DNA of 64,000 bases from Mobula hypostoma. Its lineage: Eukaryota. The DNA lies in assembly GCF_963921235.1 (NCBI RefSeq), contig NC_086097.1, positions 88,724,001 through 88,788,000 on the forward strand, given 5' to 3'. Under the pieces are notes generated by a model, which saw only the letters and a program-made list of their open reading frames with translations, was not told the DNA's origin and made no database searches. Positions 51,011 to 62,324 of this stretch are shown piece after piece; position 1 is the first letter of the stretch, and each line of letters opens with the position of its first letter. The translations under genes were made by a program, and so were the position numbers.

Positions 51011-54000
51011 CTTAAATCTGTTTCCACCAGTTATTGATCTTAATGCCTAGGATAAATAAGTCCTTTCTGCTTTCCCTCAATTTTATGTGCTAAATAGAGC
51101 AATCAAGAGTGTTGTGTCTGTACAACTACATATCAATTAAAATAAATGCTTGCATGTGAAATGGCTTTAACTGGTGTACTTACATTACAGCAAGAGAGAG
51201 AGAGAAAGCAATCCACATGTGTACACAACAGATCAGTGCACATACGTAGTGCTAAAGAGAGTCATTGATCTAAAAGAAACAGATCCATACATTACGTTTC
51301 CTCCCCTTTCAAATTAATGTGATAAAAAACTGTATATGTAACAAAACATTCAATTTCCCTTTAACAAGCATATTCAAATTTTCACGGAGTCCACAATTAG
51401 CTTCACTATACAAAAGGTTCAGTCTTTTGAGTGGCACTCTGTTTCTTTCAGGATAGAGCCTTTGGACCTGTGGAGTAGCATCAGGTTTGGCCGGTGTCTT
51501 GTCAAAGACAACGTTCTCAGTTGCTGATATCATATTGTTGTTAGTGACATGATCACCACGGAGAGGTAAGTCCAGTGGCTGTATTGTGTCCGTCTTGTTG
51601 GATGTAGTCAACTCAGGTGTGTTCCTCAGCTGAGCATCCAGCATCCAGTCCACATGTCTGATCTCCAACATCCACTGAGTACATCAGTGGTCCAGTACTT
51701 GTAGCTATCCTACCAGGTGTCCGCTTGTCTTCTCAGTAATCACACACTAGGACTTTCTGGCCAGTCTTGAAGCTCCTTGCTGTTTCACTCGGCAACTGGC
51801 TGAACTGCTTATTCTGCACTTCCCTCTGGAGATCTGGGTTCAAGAGATTTATACGAGATCTCAGATCTGCTCATGAGCAGCATGACAGGTGTTTGACTTG
51901 TTGTCGTATGAACAGAGTTCCAATGCACAAAAAGGAGGGGGTCCACTTTGTGCTGTAGAGAAATGTCTTCCTTGGCCATCACTTTACTGGATTTCTTGAA
52001 GTTTTGGGCAAACCTGTCAGCTAAGCCATTCATTGCTGGGTGGTGAGGAGCTGACTCGAAATGTTTGATGCCATTTTTCTTCATGAACACTGAATTATTC
52101 TGATGTGTATTGTGGTCCACATCACTCACAGTTTGTTCTGGTAAGCTATTTCTGGTGAAGATAGTCCTCAAAGCAGAGAAAGTCCTTACTGAAATGGTTG
52201 ACTTCATTGGTATAACCTCTGGCCACTTCAAATGAGCATCCACAGCAACCAGAAACATGGAATCCATGAATGGCCCAGCAAAGCTAATAGGCGTTCTTTG
52301 CCATGGTGAAGACGGACACTCCTACAGGTGTAGCAGTGCCTGTGGGGGTACATTTTGAACTTCTTGGCATCCTGAACAGTTTTTGTTTAAGTCTTCAATC
52401 TGTCTATCTATTCCCAGCCACCACACCTAACTCCAGGTGAGACTTCATCTTGACTGTGCCCAGGTGTCCTTCACACAGATTCTCTAACACTCTGGTGCAC
52501 AGTTTAGAGGGAACCACAACACAAGATCCCCACATCAAGGTTCTTTGATCTCACTGAGAACTGTGGAAACATAGGATTACCATGAGCTGGCCATCCGTGC
52601 ATGGCGATATCAAAGATTTTTGACAATGTTGGGTCATTCCTTGTTTCTTTTTGTATTTCAGAATTTTTTACTGGCAACTGGTCCACCAATGCAGTGTGGA
52701 ACATCTCTGCTGTGTCACAGAATGAAGACTTCTCTGCTTCAGTTGTTTTCAGTGGAAGACATGACAAGCTGTCAGTGTTGCTGTGTTGTTTGGTACCCTT
52801 GAACTCTATGACATAAGCGTGGGCTCCTAGGAAAAGTTTCTAACGTTACAACAGGGTAACAGACATCACTGGAGTTTCCTTCCTGGGACTGAAAATAGAC
52901 ACAAGGGGCTGGGGATCTGTCACTAGCATAAACTTTTGTCCCTAGTGGTAGTGGTGGAACTTCTTTATTCCCCATAGTAGACTAAAAGTGTCTTGGTCAA
53001 TCTGTGCATAGTTGCATTCTGCATTCATCAGTGATTTTGAAGCAAACGCAATCGGATGTTCAGATCCATCTTTTACAGTATGTGACAAGACAGATCCAAT
53101 GCCCTAAGGGGATGTATTGTATGCAGTCTGATGGGCAGGGATGGGTCATAATGGGTGAGCAGTTCGTCTGATGTTATTAGTCTCTATGTTTCCTTGAATG
53201 CTTTTTCACATCTTTCTGACCATTCCCACTTTGCTGCTGTCTGTAACAGTGCATTCAATGGGTGCAGCACTGCAGCAATATTTGGGAGAAACCAGTGGTA
53301 GTAGTTTACAAGGCCCAAGTATGACCTGAATTGTGACAAATTTTCAGGTTTGGGTGTCTGTAATATTGCTTCAATCTTCTTTTGTGACTTATGTAAGTCA
53401 TGCTTGTCAATGACATGTCCACAATATGAGATTTTATACTTGAAAAACTCACATTTCTCTCTCTTTGCACTCAGACCATACTCACTTAGCCTGGTAAGCA
53501 CTTTACCAAGGTTCTTCAGGGGCTCTTCATCATTTTTCCCAGTCACGATGACATCATCAAGGTAACATTGTGTTCCTGGGATATCTTGGAGCACTTGGTC
53601 GATTGTGCTTTGCCAGTCTCTAGTTAGTACTTCTTACTGCTGTGTTTGGCCTCCGTAAGTCACATTCACTTTCAGTTTTCCACTAGGAGACACTTTTTCA
53701 CCTGTGTAGGTCTTTAACATCACTGAGGTATTTTCTAATGGTATCTGAGAAAACAGTTTGTTGTAGTCGGCCTCTGGAATCATGCCCAAAACTGGCCCTG
53801 TATTCAGCTCCATTTTCAGTTTTACACTGGACACATCTATTGTGATCCAGATGATTTTGTGATCTGCTTCAGTTATACTATGCAGTTCTAGGCATGACAG
53901 CTCACCTTTGACAGACTCTGTATTGTCTAATTCCATTTCATATTTAGTCACTTTATGCATTTATTTAGTTTTGTGTTTGAAACATTTCACTCTGTGTGGC

Positions 54001-54310
54001 TTTTCTCCTTGGTTGTGCTTTTTGTTTAACTTTCACGCTCTATGACCTTGTCTGTGGCACTTTCTGCAAACTTCTTCTTTGAACCAACAGTCATTTGCAT
54101 CACGGGAGGATTTGCCCCACTGAAAACATTTTTGGATTTTTGCACCATTCAGGACATCTTGTGCATTTCACATTCTAAACTCTATTTCTGTAGTTCTGCT
54201 GTATCCTTTGCTGCAGTCTCTTATGATATTGCAATGGTCAATGCCCATTCTAAGGTTATGTCTCTTCTGACAGTAGTCTCTTCTGAGTGCTTTGACATTA
54301 ATGTCACATA

Positions 54311-54538
54311 CAGGGAGAACGTCAACTCAGACCATGAGAGGCCTGCGTCGAGCATTTTCATGCCTTACAAGGCGCAGATTGGAAGTCTGTGTGGGGCGCC
54401 ACTCCTCGCACAGACTAGAGCAATGTGTGATTAAGTGCCTTGCTCAAGGGCACAAACACGCTACCACGGCTGAGGCTCGAACTAGCAACCTTGAGGTAAC
54501 TAGATGAACACCTTAACCACTTGGCCGCGTGCCCAACA
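54311..54538 (-). mobile_element. tRNA-derived SINE inserted in Gypsy gag
   Basis: Minus strand: A-box CGGCCAAGTGG, B-box GTTCGAGCC, then gtgcccttgagcaaggcacttaa. It interrupts the gag-like DALRDSLV|C motif. Confidence 0.8.
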
Positions 54539-54865
54539 CAAGGCTGTCCCTTAATGCATCAGAAGGTCCACCTCCAAAGTCACAGTACTGGGAAAGTTTG
54601 TGCAGTTCTGCAGTAGATTCAGAAATGCTTTGACTGGTTCCTTTTGTAAAATCTAAATCTCTCAGCTATTACCAGCAGTTTAGGGCTCAAGTGATTTTTT
54701 AAAATTGTAACAATTTTGTCGGACGTCTTGCTTGCTCGCTTTTCAGGAGTTACTAGGTTACATAACAGCTTGTACATTTTAGCACCCATTAAGCTAAAAA
54801 GTATGGTGGCTTTCTTTACCCCATCCACATTGTTCGCATTACAATACAGTTCAACCCTCTCAATA

Positions 54866-56532
54866 CAGGTGTCCCCTGCTTTTCGAACGTTCACTTTACG
54901 AAACCTCGCTGTTACAAAAGACCTACATTAGTTACCTGTTTTCGCTAACAGAAGGTGTTTTCACTGTTATGAAAAAAGCAGCACGCGAAAAAAAGCGCGT
55001 TCCCCGGGCAGCCGCTCTCCCCCAGATTCGGAACTGCATTCTCGCCGGCATTGCTGAAACACGTGCCTGTGAGCATCCGTTAGCAAGATGAGTTCTAAGG
55101 TATCGGAAAAGCCTAAAAGAGCTCATAAGTGTGTTATACTTAGCGTAAAACTAGACATAATTAAGCGTTTCGATCGTGGTGAGCGAAATAAGGACAAAGT
55201 GAGTTTGGCTTGTGGAAGTTGACGAAGATGACGTTGCAGAGGTTTTGGCATCTCATGACCAAGAACTGATAGAAGAAGAGCTGATGCAATTGGAAGAGGA
55301 AAGGATAACAATCAAAACCAAATGCAGTAGTGAATGGACAGAAAGTGAAGTCGTCCAGGAACTGAACATGAAGCAACTGCGTGAGATTTTCGCTGCAATG
55401 ATAAAGTACGACTTTAAATTTGAACGGGTACGTCGGTTTAGGGCATATTTGCAGGATGGTTTGAGTGCTTACAAAGAACTGAATGATAGAAAAATGCATG
55501 AGGCTAGCAGTCAAGCATACTGTCATTTTTCAAGCCTTCCACATCAGCCACAGCAGACGACAAACCTCAACCTTCGCCATCGAGGCAGGCAGACATAGAA
55601 GAAGATGACCTGCCTGCCCTGATCGACGATGAGATGACACCACTTTGCCCCACCACCCCAGTGGTCCCAACCTCCGGGCCACGGACAGATACCGATTCGC
55701 AGAGAATGCAGCGGTAGCCGGGAGGCATCCAGCACATCTTTAAGAAAAAAGCCGAAATAAACAAGCTAATTAATTAGGTGCCGCACAGCACGTAATTGTC
55801 GGCCCAGATCAGAGGCAATTGCCAATTGCGTCGCCGCTGATCTGGGCCGACATTTATGTGCCGGGCGTAATTAACTTGTTTATTTCAGCTTTTTTCTTAA
55901 AGATGTGCTGGGTGCCTCCCGGCTACCGCTGGACCCCTGCACGCTTCGCGGATCGGTATCGGACAGCGGCCTGGAGGGTGGGGGCCACTGCACCACCCCA
56001 ACCTCCAATGACTCAGTCTAACACACCAGCATCAGTGTGCTCGGCACTGTCCCAATTCCGGTAAGTGATACTACACTGTACATACATGATTTCTACTTTA
56101 CATAGGCTATGTATTTTTATGTGTTATTTGGTATGATTCGGCAGCTTCATAGCTTAAAGGTTACTGGAGAGAATGTTCTGCCAAGAGCGCATGCGTGAGC
56201 TTTTCTGCCAAAAGCACTTGCGCTGTGTTTCTGCTGAGAGTGCTTGCGTGAGATTTTCGCTACCGAGAACAGTGCAGGGAATCGTTGTAGAGAAGTATTT
56301 CTAATTTATATAGGCTGTGTATTTATCATACCATTCCTGCTTTTACTATATGTTACTGTTATTTTAGGTTTTATGTGTTAATTGGCATGATTTGGTAGGT
56401 TATTTTTGGGTCTGCGGACGCTCACAAATTTTTGCCATATAAATAAATGGTAATTGCTTCTTCGCTTTATGACATTCCGGCTTACAAACCATTTCATAGG
56501 AACGCTCTACCTTCGGATGGCGGGGAAACCTG
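54866..56532 (+). mobile_element. Non-autonomous Tigger/pogo DNA transposon inserted in Gypsy gag
   Basis: TA TSD at 54864-65 and 56533-34. Imperfect TIRs CAGGTGTCCCC / GGGGAAACCTG. Transposase N-terminus from ATG 55088 (MSSKVSEKPKRAHKCVILSVKLDIIKRFDRGER) is joined to the acidic C-terminus (EVDEDDVAEVLASHDQEL); the DDE core is deleted. Confidence 0.9.
55659..55990. mobile_element. Palindromic hAT-type MITE nested in the Tigger element
   Basis: TIRs CAGTGGTCCC...GGGGCCACTG. Perfect 8-bp TSD CACCACCC at 55651-55658 and 55991-55998. The body is a long imperfect inverted repeat. Confidence 0.88.
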
Positions 56533-57443
56533 TATACGATTCCCGGTCCTCATTAGCTCTATCCAATTCGCCAACTTTCCCAACCGAGGCCACCATCGCA
56601 TTATTTTTACTTCAACTTTGCTAGTCGTGTGTCCTTCACTGTTACTCACGCATCCCTTTGTTAGCGTCCGTGATGATCTTCTCTGCACTGTTTAACTCTT
56701 TCCTCTTGCTGTCTCCCCATGACTGTTGGTGCAGTTGGTGATATTCACTAATTTTCAGGTTGGTACTCGTTGCCAATTTATTGTGGCTGTATAACTACAT
56801 ATCAAATAAAATAAAAGCGCATACTCAGGATGGCTTTAACTAGTGTATTCACATTGCAATGAGAGAAAGAGAGAGCAATATACATGCGTAGATAACAGAT
56901 CAGTGTGCATGCGTAGTGCTAAGGGGAATCATTGCTCTAAAGGAAATAGATCCATAAAGAGCACAAGAACATAAGAACTAGAAGTGGGAGTAGGTAACCT
57001 GACCCTGTACTGCCATACGATAACATCATATCCGATCACCTGTCTCAAACCATCTTCAATTATTATTTCTTTCCTTGTTATTTCTCTGGTACGCAGGGAT
57101 CTATCATTGTCTTTTTTAAGTGAACTGACTGATCAATTCTCTCAATGAAAAGATTTATCCTAACTTCATTTCAAAGTAGCCAACCCCTTATTAAAGTTAC
57201 GTTACTGTGCTACAAAGTTTTGATAGTTCCTGAAAGGATTATGGGAATTAAACTAAAAACAGAATATGATGGAAATATTCAGCAGGTCAGGCAGCGACTG
57301 TTAGAGAGCAACTTAGAATAGATTTGAAGTTAACATTATTTCAATGAAATTGGATTTTATCTAATTTATATTAAGAAACTACAAAGGAACTGCAGATGAC
57401 ATAAAGGTTGGTGGTATTGTGGACAGTTCTGAAGGTTGGCATA

Positions 57444-58007
57444 CACTCAGTGGCTACTTTATTATACATAAAATATGATGTATAATAATACTTTATACAT
57501 AATAAAGTGGCTTCTGAGCGTATTTTTGTGGACCTGCTGCTGTAGCCCATCCACTTCGCTTCAATGTCTGACGTGCTGTGCAAACCACTGTTGTAATGCG
57601 TGGTTATTTGAGATAATGTTGCCTTCCTGTCAGTTTCAACCAGTCTGCCATTCTCCTCTGACCTCTCTCATTAACAAGGCATTTTCACCCACAGAACTGC
57701 CACTCACTGGATTTGACTTTATGTTTTTCACGTCATTCTCTGTAAACTCTAGGGACTGTTGTACGTGAAGATGCCAGGAGGTGAACATTTTCTGAGATAA
57801 TCAAACCACCCTGTCTGGCACCAACAATCATTCCACAATCAAAGTCATTTAGATCACATTTCTTCCCCTTACTGATGTTTGGTGTGAAGAACAAATGAAC
57901 CTCTTGACCATGCCTGCATACTTTTAGGCATTGAGATACTGAGACATAATTGGTTAATTAGATATTTGCATTAACAAGCAGGTATACAGATGTGTATAAT
58001 AAAGTGG
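57444..58007. mobile_element. Tc1-like non-autonomous DNA transposon
   Basis: TA|CACTCAGTGGCTACTTTATTATACA at the left end and partial inverted TGTATAATAAAGTGG at the right end. Confidence 0.65.
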
Positions 58008-58340
58008 TGCGTAGTTTACAACAAAACATTGATAGGGTGCAGAGCTGCACTAGGAAGTTACAGATGGAGGCCAATCTGGAAAAGTGAGAACGTGATGCAC
58101 ATTGGAAGGTCAAACTTGAAGCCAGAATACAGGGTAAATGACAGGATTCATAGAAGTGGGGAGTAACATAGGGATCTTGAGGTCCAAGTCCATAGATTCC
58201 CTCAAAGTGGCCATAAAAGTTGATAGGGTGGTTTAGAAATCATATGGTGTTTGGCCTTCATTAGTCAGGGGACTAAGTTCAAGAGCTGTAAATCCAGATG
58301 CTAGAAATCCAAAGTTACACACTAAATTCTGGAGGAACTC

Positions 58341-58562
58341 AGGGCATCAGGCAGCATCTATTGTTGTTCCTCTCTGCACCTTGTGGTGCAGCAGGCTGCA
58401 GCCTTACCCTAGCTTTAGCATTTTGGCTGATTTTACGAGGCAGAGTTGCTAGCTCGATGCTCAACCGGCACGGATAGAAAGCGTGCAAGGAACCGGCCAG
58501 ATTCAGACCCAGGACCATTCGCCTCAAAGTCCGGTGCAGATGCCACAACATCACCAGCCATC
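58341..58562 (-). mobile_element. tRNA-derived SINE with (ACA)n tail
   Basis: Minus-strand tRNA-like head (ggtgatgttgtgg...gggtctgaatc) and AACAACAA tail. AGCATCTA at 58333-58340 and 58568-58575 is a candidate TSD. Confidence 0.65.
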
Positions 58563-58588
58563 TAGGAAGCATCTATAGAATTGACTAA

Positions 58589-58627
58589 CAGTCAATGTTT
58601 CGGGCCGAGACTCTTCCTTCAGGACTG
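58589..58627 (-). ncRNA. Degenerate hammerhead-like motif
   Basis: Minus strand: cagtc-CTGAAGG-AAGAGT-ctcg-GCCC-GAAA-ca-TT-gactg. Confidence 0.5.
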
Positions 58628-58805
58628 AGAAGGAAAGGAGAAAGGCGTCAGAATAAGAAGGTGGGGTGAGGAGAAGGAGGATAGCTGGGCGGGGGGGGGT
58701 GACAGGTGAAGCCAAGTGGGTGGGAAAGATAGAGAGTTGGAGAGGAAGGAATCTGATAGGAGAGGAAAGTGGATCACAGGAGAAAGGGAGGAGGGGATCC
58801 AGGGG

Positions 58806-59146
58806 ATGGCTCTTTACGTGAGTTGGCAACAGCACATAACGAACGTTGTGCTCTATGATGACCTACCGATGCTCACCACTAAAATCGAGGCAAGAAGACT
58901 GCAACTAGCTGGGCACTGTCTACGCCACTCCGAGCAACCTGCCAGCCTAGTCATCATATGGGAGCCCAAGCATGGGAGGATGAACCCTGGGCGCCCTCCC
59001 AAGACTATGGTCAACACGCTCCTAGAAGACAGCGGCGCGGCTAATGTAGATGAACTGAACACACCGATGAGGAAGAGGGAGAAGTGGAGAGTTCGTCATC
59101 ATGCCCGACGCCGGCCCCCTAGGCCTGAGTCGGTGTAGTAGTGGTA
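58806..59146 (+). mobile_element. Short RTE/RTE-X-type LINE 3' end
   Basis: Encodes SWQQHITNVVLY...RRLQLAGHCLRH...GRPPKT. (GTA)n tail and perfect 11-bp TSD GGATCCAGGGG at 58795-58805 and 59147-59157. Confidence 0.88.
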
Positions 59147-62100
59147 GGATCCAGGGGGAAGTGATAGGCAGGTGAGAAGAGGTAAAAGGCCAGAGAGAGG
59201 AATAGAGTAAGAGGGGATGGGGAGGAAAAAAAATAATTATCAGAAGGAGAAATCAATATTCATACTATCAGGTTGGAAGCTATCCAGACGGAATATAAGG
59301 TGTTGCTCCTCCATCCTGAGGGTGGCCTCATCTTGGCATTAGAGGAGGCCGTGGACTGATATGTCAGAACAGGAATGGGAATGGGAATTAAAATGTTTGA
59401 CCACCCGAAGTTCTGCTTTTGGCAGGTGGAGCAGAGGTGCTTGACGATGCGGCCCCCCAACTTACGACCGGTCTTACTAATGTAGAGGAGGCCACATCAG
59501 GAGCATTGGACACAACAGACGATCCCAGCAGATTCGCAGGTGAAGTGCAGGCTCACTTGGAAAGGCGGTTTGAAGCCCTGAATGGAGTTGTATGAGCTGG
59601 GGTATTACTTAGGTCGCTTGCCGGGTTAAATGCCAGGAGGGAGATTAGTTGGGAAGGACAAATGGACCGGGGAATCGCAGAGGGAGAGGTCCCTGTGGAA
59701 AGCGGAAGGTGGGTGGTAAAGATAAGTTTAGTGGTAGGATGCCTTTGGAGATAGCGGAAGTTGCGGAGGAACATGTGTCGATGTGGAGGCTCTTGGGGTG
59801 GTGGGTAAGGACAAGAGGAACTCCGTCACTGTTAAGGCAGCGGAAAAATGGGGTGAATGTGCACATTTGAAAAATGGAGGAGATGCGGGAGAGGGCAGCA
59901 TCAACAGTGGAGGGAGGGAAACCCCTTTCTTTGAAGGAGGAAGACACCTCTGATGTCCTGGTAAGGAAAACTCATCCTGAGGATAAATGCAACAGAAGCA
60001 AAGGAACTGAGAAAAGGGAATAACATTTTTTACAGGAGATACGGTGGGAAGAGGTACAGTCAAGATAACCATAGGAGTCAGTAGGTGACTCTGGTTAGAC
60101 CCATAGAGTATTGCTTTTAGTTCTGCTTGCCTCATATAGGAAGGATGTGGAAGTTTCAGAGGGGTGCGGAGGAGATTTTTGTTTTAGGTTTAATACCAGC
60201 ATTTGTTGTTCTGCAGCAGCAGTGCATTGCAATACATAATAAAAATCTATAAATTACAAAAAGAAATATGTATAAAAAAATAAATTAAATAAGCATGAGG
60301 GGCATTTACGAGTCCCTTAGATAGGCACATGGGTGAATGAAAAATGAAGGGTTATGTGGGAGGAAAGGGTTAGGTTGATCTTGTTGTATATTAAAAGATT
60401 TTGGGCTGAAAGGTGTGGTCTGTACAATGCTGTACTGTTTGATTTTCCATGTAGGGATTATCCTGCAGGTTGCCAACATGGGGACATTGAGAAGAAAATC
60501 TGCAGGAATATTGCCAAAACGGTGCAAAAAAAAGGAAGGAGCAATTAAATGGGAATTCGTGCTAAATAAGACAACAGAAATATTGTCCATGCCCACAAAG
60601 CGACAGCAGCATTTATCTATAGTTAGTTATGAGGAAATGGGGAATCCTTATTTAGTAGTTAATTAGACATTCTGCAGTAACAATTCTACAAGTTTGGCAA
60701 AAAGCTTGCTGGTGCATGACAAGTTAAGATACGCATAGATTTCTGTAAAATGACAGCAGATCTGTAGAACACCCTTTGCTAGAGGCACTCTCATCATATT
60801 GCAGAGAGGTGGCCAAGCCTATTGGCAGTGTATGGGGCCAGCTGAAGACCAGAGCCAGAGATAGCCCTGGAAGGCCTCCAGGAGTATTCTGAGGCCTAAT
60901 TAGAATAGCTAAGGATGGGACCCAGCTGTGAAACCACCAGAGTATGGAATTCTCACAATTGCTGAACATGTAGCGTTACTAATGTCAGAAAGGACCAATC
61001 ACAAGCTCAATGATTTCCTCCCATATTCCAAGGATATACCGGTTAGTATGTCAATAAATTGTCCAGTGATTAGGCTAGGGTTAAATAGTGGGGTTGCTGG
61101 GTAGTGTGGCTCATTGGGTTGGAAGGGCCTGTTCTGCCCTGTATCACTAAATAAGTAATAAATATAAATAAACAAACTTTCCCCCATATTGAATGGGTTA
61201 CTATACCTTATTCCGCAGAACGCTGTGCTTTGTAAAATGACAGAGTATGTGTGGACAAAACCTCATAAAATGAACCGCTCCCTCTCATTTGCAAGTGTAA
61301 AATCAACTGAAAGAAATGGTCTTTTGTTTGATCTCAGGAGCAGATAGTATGACTGATTATCCACACCACACCAGTCAGTGGTAAATATAGAGCGGATGGC
61401 AATAATATAAGGGATGGATAAGGTGAGAAGTTTGACAATCTTGTTCTGAGAACACCCTTGGTCAGTACATATCAAGACCAACAAGTAAGGCAAAATCCTC
61501 AGATCTGTTATGATAATTGAGCCAGATCATGTCGGGAAAGTATCAATCAAAGCACATTGAGGAAACAGAGATCATAATATTATTAAGGTTAAAATGGAAG
61601 ATGTATGCTGAAAATAATTGATTGGCGAAGAGTTCATTTCAATGAGAACAGATCTGATTTGGATAAACTGGAACCCAATTTTGGCAAGTAAACTGTAATT
61701 CAAGTAGATCTGCATCAGCTAGTGACTAGGTATATTCCCATGAAGGAAAGGGTGGGGCAATTAATGCCAGATTCCTTGGAGAACAAAGAGAAAGAGAAAA
61801 AAAAACCACAGAACTTCAAAAAAGAGCGTAGGACAGAAGCCAGAAGTTTAGGACAGAAGTTATTAACACAGAGGCTGAGAATAGACTGGCAACCAACATG
61901 AAAATATTCAATATGAATGTGAACAGGAAAAGGGACGGGGGGTGGAATCAAAGACCGAAAGTGTACTTACAGAGATGGAAGACATAATGGAGATCTGAAG
62001 TGAATCTTCACCAAGGAGGGAGGTGTTGCTGGAGTCACAGCAAAGGGTGGTGTACTGTCATTCTGCTAAGACTGAATAAGGCAAAAGTACATAAAGTCGT

Positions 62101-62324
62101 CCAAAGGGAATTCAAGAAACCCTGTCCATAATCTTCCTAACAGTTTCTAATTCAACTGTGGCACTTCATGACTGAAATCTGGCTTTTGTAATGTGGGATC
62201 TCTGCCATCAACTAGAAAGGTTAAGTTCCTAGACAAACATGGTAGCTCATGCTTCAGTCTTTACACTTATAAGCTGGGTCTAAGCTGCATTGGCAATAGG
62301 AAGGAATCTTTTTAAAGCTAAAGC

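Larger units (their letters stand above)
51110..56956 (-). mobile_element. Ty3/Gypsy LTR retrotransposon, decayed, with nested insertions
   Basis: Direct LTRs at 51110-51296 and 56779-56956. PPT (minus strand GAAAGGGGAGGAAA) at 51297-51310. PBS-like TGGCAACGAG at ~56766-56775. Order gag, protease (53634-53960), RT (YLDD; 53184-53594), RNase H, integrase (51809-52267). AAGAG at 51105-51109 and 56957-56961 is a candidate TSD. Confidence 0.93.
58292..60090 (-). mobile_element. Penelope-like element 3' part with two nested insertions
   Basis: ORF remnants 59645-59947 (MSSSFKERGFPP...VPLVLTHHP), a GIY-YIG segment at 59260-59560, and a tail with hammerhead motif. Confidence 0.85.
57375..60440 (+). 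mobile_element. Degenerate CR1 fragment interrupted by Tc1-like and PLE insertions
   Basis: CR1 sequence at ~57375-57441 (gcagatgacataaaggttggtgg), ~58010-58290 and ~60095-60440 is collinear across the insertions. Confidence 0.65.

Noticed and set aside
54440..54538. tRNA gene
   Set aside because: A and B boxes are present, but the sequence continues into a SINE body and I could not build a complete cloverleaf.
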